From positions 33,852,001-33,916,000 of the forward strand of contig OZ365113.1 in the NCBI GenBank assembly GCA_977030845.1: a stretch of 64,000 nucleotides of DNA, read 5' to 3'. The notes below the pieces were generated by a model. That model did no database searches. It was given only the letters and a program-made list of their open reading frames with translations, and was not told the origin of the DNA. Source of the DNA: Fimbriosthenelais zetlandica. Taxonomy: Eukaryota. Below, one piece after another: positions 47,744 through 61,140 of this stretch (position 1 is its first letter; the number at the start of each line of letters is the position of its first letter). Position numbers and translations under genes: made by a program.

Positions 47744-50700
47744 ATGCAGGTAACGTTTTATTTCAGCCTGTACACTGCCCTTGGAACTATTGCACGAAAC
47801 TACTTTGCTATGGTTCACCCGATTCTCGCCAGGTGGACACACAGCTCCTCTAGTGGGGGAACCAACAACTAACGTGCGAATATGACCAATGACTGTTGGT
47901 TTTCACCATCAGGTGACCCGTCACCTGACACGTGACAGTTCAAAGATGGCAGAAGTCCTACATGGAAGGATGATTTAGCCAAGAACGTTCAGTTTCTCTT
48001 TAAATGGAATCAATTCTTCACCGTTAGTTCCCTTTCTTCAAAGAATTTTTTTCACAAGTTGAATTAGACAGTCTACCAAAACATGATTTACTCTTTGTTT
48101 GTTTTATAGACTCCATGAAGAAATAGACGCCTGCTCTTAGTGTGGTGGGACAACTGACAATCTCTGCTCAGGAAACAGAGAGGCAAACTTAATCTCAGTT
48201 TTTATCAATAATAAAAATAGACTATTGTCTTACTAAACAGTTACTGGTTTCTTTACAAACGAATAGAATTATACAGGAATACAATTCAAAATTCATAAAT
48301 AAGTCAAGAGCAGAAATGGTGGGTCTCACTTTGAATGAATCAGCCCAAGCAAAGTTCTTTTCCCAACTGCAAAATTTAAAAAATTTGCGGCACCACAATG
48401 AGAGGAGACTTCTAATTTGGAGTACTTGTATTTTTTGGCAAATATTGACCATTTCTTGGGTAGAGCAGTGTAATACTCGTTTCTGTCATCAGCCTTTATT
48501 TTATGCCGTGGAAAATTTTGTTGTTGTCAATTAAGTAAAGTCCAGAATCTCAGAGAGTTGATGGACTACCTTTGTTGTTGATTCAAAGCAGGAGGAGACA
48601 TGAGGCTTAGTTTTACTAGGCCTTCTGTTAGTAGTACGGTACTCGAGTGAGACAAGGATGATCTATCTGGTATGTTGCTTGCAAACCTTTGTTTTAATAT
48701 GATTTTTAACTTGGTTGTTACACGTAGGGAGGTTTATCGATTCTGAAAAGAGTGAGCATTGGACACTGTCTCGTTAAGACCTCAAGCTTGTTATTACACT
48801 TCTGGGTCGGCGGGGATGGCATTTATATTATGACTTGATCATAGTCAATCCCCTCCAGCATCACATCAATATATGAAGGAAAAAATAGAACATTCAAGTA
48901 GATGAATGATAACTCTCAACTGTTAGGTGATATCTGTGAACCTCTCTCTGTAGATAGGAACCTTTCCATCACTTCCTTTCTTGTCATCTAAAGAATCAGC
49001 ATCTTTATCAGCATGATCTTCATTTTTTCATCACAATGTACATCAGATTAAAAGTGCAAAGTCATGATTATTAGCTCCCTCTCAACATCCTTAACCATGT
49101 TGCTATTTACAAAATGCACATGGTTGCCTGACATGCTAGAAGTTAGCTAGTGGAGGGGAAACGGTCCTTCTCAATATAGAAAAATCTCACATGTTTAGCA
49201 CTTGTAGTGAAATGGTCCAGTTTCCGGGCTCCACCCACTTTGCATTGACACATATTGACTCTGCCCACCACAACCCTCAGTGACGACACGACTGCTTGTA
49301 AAAAGAGTTTAAAAATAATACTGAATAGAGAACAATTACTCTAATTTGACAACAAACAAATCAAAAAATGATGATAAGACACAATAAAGCTAAGGGTTGC
49401 ACTATTTCTTGGTTTGCAGAAAGAGCTCCGTGCTACAAAATGATCAGGGTATGGGTTGCGAAATTTCGCAACCCCCTTTCGCACTCGTAGTACACAAAGT
49501 AGATGAACATTACACTACCCCCACTGGAGTCTCTTTCAAGATAAGGACATTGAGAAGCCAGGTCTCTCTCTATATATTTATACATATAGATATCTAGGAG
49601 TACATAAGAGCCTTAGATTACTTGGTACTTGGAAATGTCTTCACATGGGATACCTAACAACTAGGCGATGGGGGATTTCAGCCCCCAATCGCATAAATCC
49701 CATGTAATAATAAAAACTCCTTGAAACACACAGCATTATGATTACAAATTATGACACAAGATGGCATTCCTGTTTGACAGGCAAAAGACATCTTCAATTA
49801 ACTTAGTGATTTTTATGTGTTCTCTTAATGCAATGCAGAACATTCACATTTGTACCTATATTTGTCACTCTTACTCTGACCCTGTCATTCTGTGCCCAAA
49901 CTCATGACCTTTAACCTTTCTCTCTTTTCTCTATTTTTCTTCATATGACATATTTTTCCTCTCATGTGATTTACATATCTGAGCCTCAATGGCTGCCTCC
50001 TTTAACCTTGTGACCTTGTGAAAGCGCATCGTTATTAATAATAGTAATAATAATGTTCTCCTTCAAGTTACCACAGTGATTTAATGACAATTTTCTTTAC
50101 ACACTTCAAACAAACAGAAAGACATAGTTTGGTTTATTACTGCATCAGTTTATAACATAGCCTGGTATCTACTTGCTGCAGAGGCTGCATTGACAGCAGG
50201 TGGTAATGTATATATTAGTGTATATTTAAAGCATATTCTCGGTCAAAGTGTCAATTGAACGTGAACCTCCGCTTCAGTTAAAGCAACGCAGCCAAATCAA
50301 ATCCCCAAAAATTTAAGTCCAAATTAACCAAGAAGAGGAAATGATATCAGAAAAATAAAGGACATCTTCAATAATTATCACTCTTTTATGCATGACCAAT
50401 AATTAAGAGAACTGAATGGCAATTCAGCAACAAAATGTGACACCAGGATTGTAGCAGTGTGATGTCACCAATTATAGAAAGGAAGGCAAATGCCTTTTTC
50501 TGTAAACATTTTACAGGGAATGAACTGCAGTTGCTTTATCTGTCATGCTTACTAGTTACAGAAAGACCAGGAGGCTCATGTTCAGTCTACAGGGTGTTCT
50601 CTTTTTGAGGGATAACAGTTTATTAATGTATTCACCAACTTTCAATCTGATACCTTTCTTCGCATTGACCCCTTAAGGGCATTTCAAGTGTTGTCATTGG

Positions 50701-53700
50701 CATTGCCATTTGTATTGTTTTTTTTAGGCCAGCATGCTTAGAGCTAACCACAAGGGGGAAAACTTGATACTTAATTAATCTAGTGAACAACAGAACTTGA
50801 CTTGACATATACAACATTCAATTGTGGGGGAGAGGATGACTGGAAAGGTGAATGTAATAGTAGTATAATAGTAGTTGTCAGCACCTAGGGCAGGGCCTTT
50901 ATTGTCAGTGCCCACCATTGTCAAACAAGCAAGGGGGTTATAATTTGAGATCACGAACAGACTAAAGCTGGCTCTTCCTTTCACAGCAGAGAAATGAGTT
51001 GCATTTATTGTACAATAAGTGAAACATGACACATTATCGGTAGGGACCTCTTCTTGGAAGGGAACCTCCATTCACATAACAAGACAATCTCGGTCTACTC
51101 ACGGGTTAGCACAGGTCAAGAACCTTATTTAGATACTTTATCTTCTGTTTCAGTATAAAAAAGCAAGCAAAGTTCATGTGTGCAACAAGAAAAATCGTCC
51201 CCGGTCTTGTTCTCGCTTGGGGGTGTGGTTTCTGAATTAGGTCCAGGGTGATAGCAAAGCTAGCTACTGGCACCAAGGATTTGTGAATGGCCGCTATATT
51301 TTCAGAGCTTGTTTGCAGGAAAGGAAGGGGCATCTTGAATAAACATAGTGTAAAGACTGAGAAGCCCACAATAGGACAGCAGACTGTATCACTGAAGTGC
51401 TGGTAACATTATTTCTATCCAATCTGTTTCTCCTTTTCTTCCAAAAATTCTACACTAATGAGATCGCAATAAGTAGAACAGAATACAAGCTGAATGGTAC
51501 AAGCAATGGCATGGTAGAGCAAATTTTTCCTCTGTGATTCTGATATCGGGGTATAACAATATTTTCGGGGGTATCATTAATGCAACTGTCTTTAAAAGAC
51601 AAATAAAATAGATCTATGACAGTGACAAGTCAGCAAACACATTTTCACTCAAGCACCGGTTGCCAATCCCCTTTATGTAAGATAAGGTGAAACTAGGGCC
51701 AAAACACCTTGATATTTCGGTCTGGTTAGTGTACTTAGGGACGAGGCAATTCATTTTTGTCAATGCCTTGGTCGTTGGATCTCTTGTTTCTGACCCTTCA
51801 AAGGTAGGCTACATGCAAAGCACAAGACCTCTTGAATGGACCATACATAGCATAAAACCAGACGCACGTACAATCCCTCAGCAATTAACAATGGTCTGGC
51901 ATGCTTGTCAAGACAGCAATGGACGCCAGAATGAGTGGTTGGCAACCGATGCTTGGTAAAGAAAGCATTCACTGGTCCAGTAATGAGTAGCACCGCAACA
52001 GAGTCGGCCTCTGTATTGTTGTTTGTAAATCAACAAACACACGTCCTCCTCTTTCAATTACTCAAGTAGTGTTAAATTGTCTCTACACTGGGTACAACCT
52101 TAGAGTAAAAGGAACCCTAAGGTACAACTGACTATATACAATCATATATAATTGATGGCTATTATAATTATTATCATTAGAATATCATAATCAGTGATAC
52201 ATATGTGCTAGCCTATAGCAACAGCTCTCGCATGGGTCTCACACGGTCGAGCATCGATGAAGCAAAGTTATAAACTTTTGTTGTTTTTTCACTTTTTTGT
52301 TAGAAGGAGGCAAGTTTTGTCTGAGCCGGGAGATGATAGTGGGTGGAGCCACCTAGTGAGGTACAGCGTCATCTTGCACACACCGACCAACATTTATACC
52401 GACACCGATACACACGCATGAACGTCACTCATCACACTCTCATATATACCACACTGAATGCCCATGAAATCACACAGCGTCAACCCTCAGACACTTTATC
52501 ACTTGCTATGAATCTCCATGTCTTAGCAGAGTCCTTATAGATACTGAAAAAGGATCATAATAATACTAATAAATATGAAGGGGGTTCCCTAGAATGTTCG
52601 TCCTGGCCGTCTAACATTTCTCATTATTATAATTACCAGAACCTTTGATTAACTGAGTGCCATTTTACAAATAATAAAATTTACGCAATTTGTTTAAAAT
52701 TACTTAAATTAACCAATCAACAAAAATCTTTTCAATTGCATGACAATTTGGAAATATCTTATGTCATGATTCTAGACTAATTTGCGGCCTCATTTACCAT
52801 GTATTTGACTGGTTTGTACATGTTGTAGAGCCCACAACAAATACATATATGTATATATATCCTATAATATATAATATACATATAGCACATATACATATAT
52901 ATTTCAAGAAATCCCAATCTTTGTTTCCCATTGGATTGTTCCAAATACCCTACATCACAGTCGACCCTGGTGCACTCCCACCCTCCCTTCTGTGTTCTTT
53001 TAGACCCTTTTCCCCCCACTTCAAACTTCCATACGATCACAACTTTCCAACCTGCCATTTCTGGCACATTCAAATGACAGACATATCTCACAATCATACT
53101 TGAAGTAGCGTTTATATGTGATAAGAATAGCATTCTCACCCCCACCCATGAAGTAAACATTGTCTAAATACATGGAACAAGTACAAACCAAGCAAACGTC
53201 CCTGAATTAACCATTATCATTGTCATAATCATTTCAACTGTAATCATCTTCATCATATTCGTTAATAACATCACTTATTTTTCCCATCACAAGATCATTA
53301 TAATGCCACTTGTTGTCAGTAGTCAGAGGGTTGACCTGTTATATCCAAGTACTAGAATGAATCAAGACGCCACATGCTCAAAGACGTTGACAGACTGGAG
53401 GTGAAACAACAGGATAATACCCCGAGTCTGTAACCATTCAAACACAATCACATACCACAATCAATACTCAGATGAGGTGAGAGACATTTATAGAGGCCTT
53501 AGCAACATCACCATGATCAACATCTTACTAGATTCTTTGTTAATTTGGTCATTGATTTTTGTCAGTTTCATGATCATCATCGTCACCTTTGGTGGTTTGT
53601 ATTCATCATAACAAGCATTTGTTTTTAAACTAAGGAAGAATGCAGGCAGTCTGCAGACTAACCATCAGCAGCAGTGGATGGCTGGACATTTCTCCCCTCA

Positions 53701-54619
53701 GCCATCTTCAAATCTTCAGCCAACGGGAGGTTTCTCTCCGACAACCAAGAAAAATAATTCCTATCCTCCATAAACCTCCTCCAAGCATCTTAACAACTAA
53801 GCTTGGTGTGAAAAAAAATCTTAAACTGGTTAAAACTGTAATGTTGAATCTGCGTAAGCTTTCGCGTGGTTAAAGCAGCACAGAAGTTTATAGTCGTGGC
53901 GACTTTGGCTCGGGTGATGGTTTTTGATGGTCACTGGCTGTCTAGATTTTTCATATGCATTGCAACTGGCTCGGTTCATCAGCAAAAGATGATACAATAG
54001 GTCCTCTTTTTAATTCTTTAAGATTTATATGGTGTCCCAGTTTGTACAGATTATAGTGCGGAACCAACCTTAGGAGTTAGCACTAATACACCAGCTTGTC
54101 AAAACAAGCTTGCTCCATGGAAAAATGACATGTTTGAATGTTTTAACATGTCATTCATTTTCTTCCTCCTAGACCAACAAATATGGGTCATATGACTGGA
54201 AGAAGCAATGGAAAACAACTTAACATTACAGAACAAAATATTCACAACAAATAACATACTTTTCATCCACAATTTCCATATTCAGCTTTTACCACACACT
54301 TAACTAGGTCACATTCATACTTTTTGCACTTGGCACCAAGCAGGATCTTCAAGATCCCCATGTTGATGCCCCCTGGCATGAGAAATTTGAGCAAGTCACA
54401 AACACTTGTAGCAGCATAGCCATACACACCATAGTAAAATTATCAGTATTTATAATTATTATAATTATCATTAATATTATCTTCCAGGGGCAGCTTTATC
54501 TAGAATGCGCGGTGAGAGAGCAAAGTTCACCAAAACAAAAAAAGTTTTTTTTAAGCAGCTTGCTTTGCAATGACATCTGGTGTCATACAACAGTGTCAGA
54601 GCAGCACTGCCCCCTTGTG

Positions 54620-55573
54620 TCATACATCTGAGTCTGAATGGTGAGTGAATACATTATGACAGTTTGTGACAACATCCGAATAGTTAGGTGGCGGGCCCCG
54701 TCCTGGGGATGTCAGTGTTGCAGCCGTTGCTGTTGTTGTTGCTGGTGGTGGTGTTGATGTTGCATCTTGGGATGTATACATGGCAGCATCAGTACTATGA
54801 CGGGTTGTGGGGAGTTGCTGGTCAGAAGTTGAGTGAGTTCTCTTAGTCCCCCCACCACCACCTTGGCCAGGTTGTTGTTGTTGTTGTTGCGTACATGGAT
54901 GATTTAATTGTGGTAGTGATTGTGGTTTGTGTTGTCGCTGATGCTCATTCTGGAGGAGGTGGTGGTTATCATCATGATGTGTGAGACACATGCGAGGAGG
55001 GGGTTGCTCATAAGCAGTCAGATTATCATAGGGGGGTAAGCCTGGGGCTCCCATACCACCATCAGGTCTACCACATCTAAACATAGTGGGGGACAAGCCT
55101 ACCCCTCCTCCCCCTCCACCTCCCAGTCCCACTCCACAAGGAGTAGAAACCGCAGCATTATTGAGATTGGAGTTCCTAGTGTTATTTATGTCATTATTAG
55201 TGATTGTAGAGTAGCATGTTACTGAACTGCCCGTTGCTCCTCTATAGTTATGAGTAGCAGCTGCAGACTTGCTCATAGATCGGTCAGGCAGGCTGACTGA
55301 ATGCGACCTATAAGGGGGTGGGCTCCTCCGTTCGAATACACTCCGGTTAGGGGGTGGCCCAAAGGTTTTGCCCTCTCCCTGTTCCCAGGAGGAGGGACGG
55401 CGTTGGCTCACTAGGTAACCCTCTTCACCGTCATATGAGCGAATGATGTTGGGAGGGTAATTTGCCACTACCTCCTCTTTAGTTTGCACAGTTTCTAAGT
55501 TGGGTGGGTACCCAGAGTCACCTTCAGATACCTGTGGCATTTCCTGTTCAAAGCTCTCTTGGTGTGGTACGAC
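54620..55573 (-). CDS. Terminal coding exon (317 aa + stop) of an unidentified gene; low-complexity tail with PPxY/LPxY motifs
   Basis: Strong acceptor tttgttatttttcag|GTC, open 954-nt frame ending in TGA. Contains SPPPY, LPPY and PPNY, plus poly-G, poly-Q and poly-T tracts. Confidence 0.7.
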   Translation of the reverse strand, partial: VVPHQESFEQEMPQVSEGDSGYPPNLETVQTKEEVVANYPPNIIRSYDGEEGYLVSQRRPSSWEQGEGKTFGPPPNRSVFERRSPPPYRSHSVSLPDRSMSKSAAATHNYRGATGSSVTCYSTITNNDINNTRNSNLNNAAVSTPCGVGLGGGGGGGVGLSPTMFRCGRPDGGMGAPGLPPYDNLTAYEQPPPRMCLTHHDDNHHLLQNEHQRQHKPQSLPQLNHPCTQQQQQQPGQGGGGGTKRTHSTSDQQLPTTRHSTDAAMYTSQDATSTPPPATTTATAATLTSPGRGPPPNYSDVVTNCHNVFTHHSDSDV

Positions 55574-56339
55574 CTGAAAAATAACAAAAACAATCATGTT
55601 AATACATTATTTTACATTATTCCATTCTATTGTTAACAGATTATGTATGTCTGTATTGACAAAATAAAGATTTCACTCCATCTTTATGGCAGGGGTCTTC
55701 AACCAGACCTTGATACCTGAAATTGCCTTTATTCCCAAGAAGTAGGACATAAAAAGTACCCGTTTTTTCAGGTACCGGTAGCCTATTTCACTTTCCTTGC
55801 TGTGGGTCTCAGAAAGTATCCCTTTAGTAACCTACTGTGGTTCCAAGGGCCCCCCTGGGGCAAAATTAAACGGATTTCATCATAAAGCCCTTGAAGGCCC
55901 CCTTCCAGGCCTACTTCATATTGAAAGATGTAATTGGGGAAAGCCATAAGAAACTAGTGAGCGATAATAGGCCACCCAGGAGATGGCTCAGCCAGCCAGA
56001 CGGCCTCCAGACGCCGTCAATAAATGCTAGGCTATCAGCAAATGAGGGGGGCGGGGTTAGTGTTGGTGGGGGATTACCAATACTATGGAAGCCACACCCC
56101 CTAGCACCACCGCCACCAGAGCCAGCACCACCTCTCACCTGGCCAGACACACAGACAGACAGAGGACATTAGCCTCATTCAGTGTCTGGGAGGATATTAT
56201 CCCCTCATATGACGCAATCTCAGCCCCTTATTCCCTCCCCGCACACCAGGAGGAGCCACTGGGCTGCCCTTCCTCAGAGGTGTTTCAGTTCAGTTCCCAT
56301 GTCACCACCCCTTACTATTCTTATTGTGTCACTATTAGT

Positions 56340-56620
56340 TTATATTTTTGTGGGTATCTATCTATCTCTCTCCATCCCCAATCTCCAAGACCATCCCTCC
56401 ACCACCCTCACTCTTTCTCTCCCCTGTTCCATACATCTACCCCTTCCCCATCCCTCTGACCCCTTTTCTTCTTCTCCATCTCTCTACCCGCCTCTTCCAC
56501 TCCCCTTCTGGCCTTCTCCATCCCTCTTCCCCTCTTCCTCTCCCCTTCTACATCCCTCTGCATGTCCCTTCCCTTGCCCCGCTCCTCTCCATGATATAAC
56601 CATCCATAATAGAACCAGGA
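56340..56620. repeat. Pyrimidine-rich (CT/CCT) low-complexity tract
   Basis: Plus strand is almost entirely C/T. Confidence 0.7.
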
Positions 56621-59600
56621 CCTAAATTTTGTCTGCAGACCTACTACCTATACAGCCTTGCCCCTGCCCTCTAATGTCCCCCAGGTCAGCTTCAACTTGC
56701 CCCTGTGCCTATCCTCTTTTTCTTGAACCCATCTGGACCCTGATTCACCCCCGTGAAACCCTTAGGACTAAAATGCCGCCTATTCCCATCTGCCTACAAT
56801 GTTGCAATGTCTGGGGGCATTTTGACTTCTCACATCTATCCTTTATTAATTGTTCAATACAAATTTCCCACCTGTAAAGTCACCGTGCCTGAATGTCAAC
56901 CTTCCCCTCCCGATTCTCCATTCAGATTCCATTTTATTCCTAGAATTTCTGCCCCCGTCTTCTCCAGAAATGTCCATCCAATTACTAATCCAATTCTCCC
57001 AAAGTCCCCAAACCCAAGATGTCCTAAAACACCCACAAAATTACTGGTGAATGCTCCATACAGGACTCAGGAGACATAATGCAGGTCTTTGTTTTGCCAA
57101 GAGGGACAAATGACGGGACTGGGTTCTATACTGTGTTTTTTCTTATGGCACTTCCTTAAGACATTAAGAGATTCAATCTGAAATATTCCAGATTTTGGCA
57201 ATTATTAGTACATTATACAAAATATAGGCGAGTTGTCAAGTTCATATCTTCTTATATATATCAGAGATTTTTCTTGAAATCAGAAATATTAATATTATGG
57301 TGAGGCCTAGGTAAGTCACTGCCTTCTTAATCTAAAGGTAATGTCTAAGGCGAGCATAGCCTCATGTATATTCTCTGGAAGGCCTCGTCTAGTCTAACTT
57401 GCTATTGGCGACTATATTTGCCGCATGCGCGCCTGTCTGGTCCGTCACAATTTAGACTAGTCTTGCACCACGTCCGCCCATGCATTTTTAATGCAGGCTG
57501 AGTGGTAGACGCCCTGGGCGTTGTGGGCGCAAGGCAGGCACATGTAGACGAAGCGATCGATGGTAGACTAATCAATCATTAGCTAACCGGGAGCTGCTAC
57601 CTGAAGCAGGCAGACAGAAGTGGTGGGAAGAGGGAGGGAAAGGGGAGGGAGGGATAGAACATGTTAAATGACATGACCTACATGTACTCATAATTATAGG
57701 CCTAAAGGTGATTCGCAGCAATCTGCGATAGAATAGTAATTTATTATACAGTCTTATGCAATTATAGTCTTCTACATGAGAGCTAGCCGTCACATCATTA
57801 ACATTTTAATCTTAAAAATTAAATTAACTATTATTAAATGGACCAGGCCTATTGATTAAACATCCATGTACTGATCGTTGCCTCAAAAATAAAATATTAC
57901 ACTAGATTTTTTTTTTAAATACAATAAATCTATTTCGAATTTGAGCAAAATTCAGACCTTCAGTATTTAAAGGTCTAGGCAAATCATTCACAAAAGTTGG
58001 AGAGTCGGTGGGGGTATGGGGCGGGGTCATGCAATGGGGGACTTCGTTATCCCCTACCCTGGAGCACAGTTAAAAAGCCAGAATATAGTCAAGGCTGGAA
58101 AAAAACCATCTGGCTTTGACATAATGGAATCAAGTCGGGGCATGTTCTTCTCCATGATCACCCGAGCGCCAAACTCAAAGACTAGGAGCAAAGTGCAATA
58201 CATCAATCAACCTCAATTCCCAATCAATGGACATATGGACAAGGCCAAAAAAGTGGCCGCTTTGTTTACCACAAGGTCTTCCTGGCAATGCCATGTTGTT
58301 CCTTTACAAACAAAATATGCCCACAGAATTTTGCGAACAAAGGGATTTGGGTATGAATTTATTTGCCACGCACATCAAGAAATTGAGCATTTATATATGT
58401 GCCTATAAATTGGGTGATAAGTTAGGTACTTATATATGACAGTCTATGACTAGAATGACCGATCATGTAAGTACACTGCATGGCATGTTTTGCAGTATTC
58501 TATATAACAGATACTTCAACATCAATTACTCATAGACTTTATAATATTTTAAATTAAATTAAAAATTAATTAAATTAAATCCCTTTATATCATTTAAACT
58601 ATAATATCGGTCATTTTTTAAAATATTTTTCATTACACCGATGTTATAGAAGTGTGGAAGAAGCAGGTTGGGGCACAGACCGTTGCCATCTTCCATGATA
58701 GAAGCTGTACTTGATGTTTTATAACAAAACAAGTTGAAGGACATTACAGAACATTACCACATCCTTATTTTTCATTCAGAATCTCCAAGTTCAACCACAC
58801 CCATCTTCTCTAGTCTTATACTAACTTATCCTCCTCCAAATTTAACGATTATTCAAGCTAGTACCCCTGTCATTTATACAATTTGAACCACATCTTATAT
58901 TTGATAAATATTCATCCATAATTCTGTGCAAATAATATGATATACATTTTCAAAAGTGCTGGCTTGAAAAAGAGTCAAGGTCACCCCACCTCTCTTAGAT
59001 ATATATATATTAAATTTCGAGCCTGAAAGGTGTATTTAATTTTCTCTGGATCCAAAGTGTTTCAATCCCCGAGTGGGTGATTTTCAGTCTGCCTGGGAAA
59101 AAGTGCCATATATAATATTAAAGGGAACCACGGCTCTAGAAATGTAAATATATGCTCCGTCAGGTATCCAGCTGTGACCTTTCAGTGACCTTGACCCCTA
59201 GCCTTGACCCCGGTCTCAGTATAGAGCTACAGGTGGTCTACATTGTCTGGCGCAGTGATACAGTGTTTATACTACTGCTGCGGAAGAAAAGAGGTGTGTA
59301 AAAAGAGGCATTCATACACACCCTATTAGACAACAACAGAAGTACTGGCACTAGACACTAGCGACACACAGTGGGGCTATGACTAACCATAACACCGGCC
59401 CAGATATTATCGCTCTCTTCCATTATGGTCACACGCAGTCCCTTTAATATTTATCAATCGTTTCATAACAAAAATAATCCAAGAAAATATGAATGCCAAT
59501 GGAATAATACGGGGTGTTAGTCAATGTTATTCTCTCCAATCCCATCTACAATTCCATATACCCCACTGGCATTCGCATGTGGCCAATAATTCCATATATC

Positions 59601-60044
59601 GCACTGGCATTCATCTATGCATGTTGCTCAGTGTAAAAGCGACTTGCCAATTTTTAATCAATTTGAAGATGAATATTTTCAAATCCAATACTTTACTTAA
59701 ACCCCAAGCGGTAATATAATATATTGGCAAATAGGAGTTGGTTTGTTATATCACCCATCTTCAGCCAACAGATTGTGTTCATACATGCAAATGCCAATGA
59801 GATGAGATGATAGCGCTGTAATCACTTACATACTGTGGCTATACACTCCTGACATTTCGCTTCTATGTATCTGAGGCAGACATTCATATTAAACGGAACC
59901 ATGTGTAGTGTAAAGAGCCCAGGGTATGGAGTGATTGCCGACAGATTTCTCAACAGATTAAAGAGATAAACGGGTAAGGTAGGTCCAGTAAAGTAGACCT
60001 AGGTGAGTCGATAAAACATTAGTGGTCAGAAATGTAGGAAAGGG

Positions 60045-60218
60045 TGGATGAATATGATTGAATGAATAGGATTGAATGAATAGATAGTTGGATAGGATTG
60101 AATGAATAGATAGTTGGATGGATAGAAGGGCTAAATGATTGAATGGATGAATGAATGAATGAATGAATGAATGAATGAATGAATGAATCGGATGGATGGA
60201 TGGATGGATGGATGGCAG
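60045..60218. repeat. (GAAT)n/(GGAT)n microsatellite
   Basis: Perfect GAAT run followed by a GGAT run. Confidence 0.9.
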
Positions 60219-61089
60219 GATCTGATAAAAAAAAAAGGGGGAGAAGCTCATAGGGAGGTCTTAATAGGACTTTAGGAGTCAGTGAGCCAATGAGTAAAAT
60301 GAAGGAATGAATGAGTGAAACAATCAAGCATTCGACGATCATTTATCAATGAAACAAAAAAGGTAGGAATGCAAGAAAATCCTATTAGGGAGAGGAGGAA
60401 TGAATGAGGAGCTGCAATGGGAACCAAATATTATGTTTAAAGTGAAAGGGTGGAAGAGAAGCAAAAGCATGCAAGTGGGTAAAACGTATCTATATATTCT
60501 GTGGGATGGATGGGGGGAAGAGCATGAGGATCAGAGGCTGGATGTGGCGGGGGAAGGGGAGAAGCAGGGGGAGGATGAGGAGGGCTCGTCTAGCCACCAC
60601 CGGTGACGTATGCATGTCTAATACAAGCGTCTGGGCAGGCCAGACACTGAGACGCACAGACAGACGAGCAGCTCCCGAGCGCCACCACGCGACAGGCCTC
60701 TCAACTACTGCCAAGCTCAGACACACGAGTAGAAAAAGACAGGTGGGGCAATCTCCACCACCCCCAACATTCAATCTCCACCACCCCCAACATTCAATTA
60801 ATCTATCCTTTCATTTTTATCTCCATGTTCCTTTCTCCTAAGCTGGCAGATTGCGCTAGAAAATTTCCATTGATTGGTTTCCCCATAAAAATTGTGATTT
60901 TAGTGAGCATCAAATTCCATCAATTTCCATTAAATTCCTATCAGTAGGTAGTCCCAGATACCCTATATGAGGTAATATAAGGTGTCTGGTAGTCCTAACG
61001 GATACGCATTGGGAGGTATGTAAAATGCTTTTATTTTAAAAATTAAGAAATTATTGAACGTGAATTAACCAATGAACAGGAAGGCTTAC

Positions 61090-61140
61090 CCTGACACCTG
61101 GCGTGAGACAAGGTAAACAGTCCGCGGGCCTCATACTTAC
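61090..61140 (-). other. 51-nt candidate exon whose acceptor is immediately followed by a consensus donor
   Basis: ttttttcttcttttccag|GTAAGT ... CAGG|gtaagc. Confidence 0.5.

Noticed and set aside
47860-48660. YY1/E-box motifs and exon-like fragments as a plus-strand gene
   Set aside because: Frames are interrupted by stops and no coherent product could be assembled.
55891-57079. Several Pro/Ser-rich ORFs
   Set aside because: They are by-products of CT-rich low-complexity DNA.
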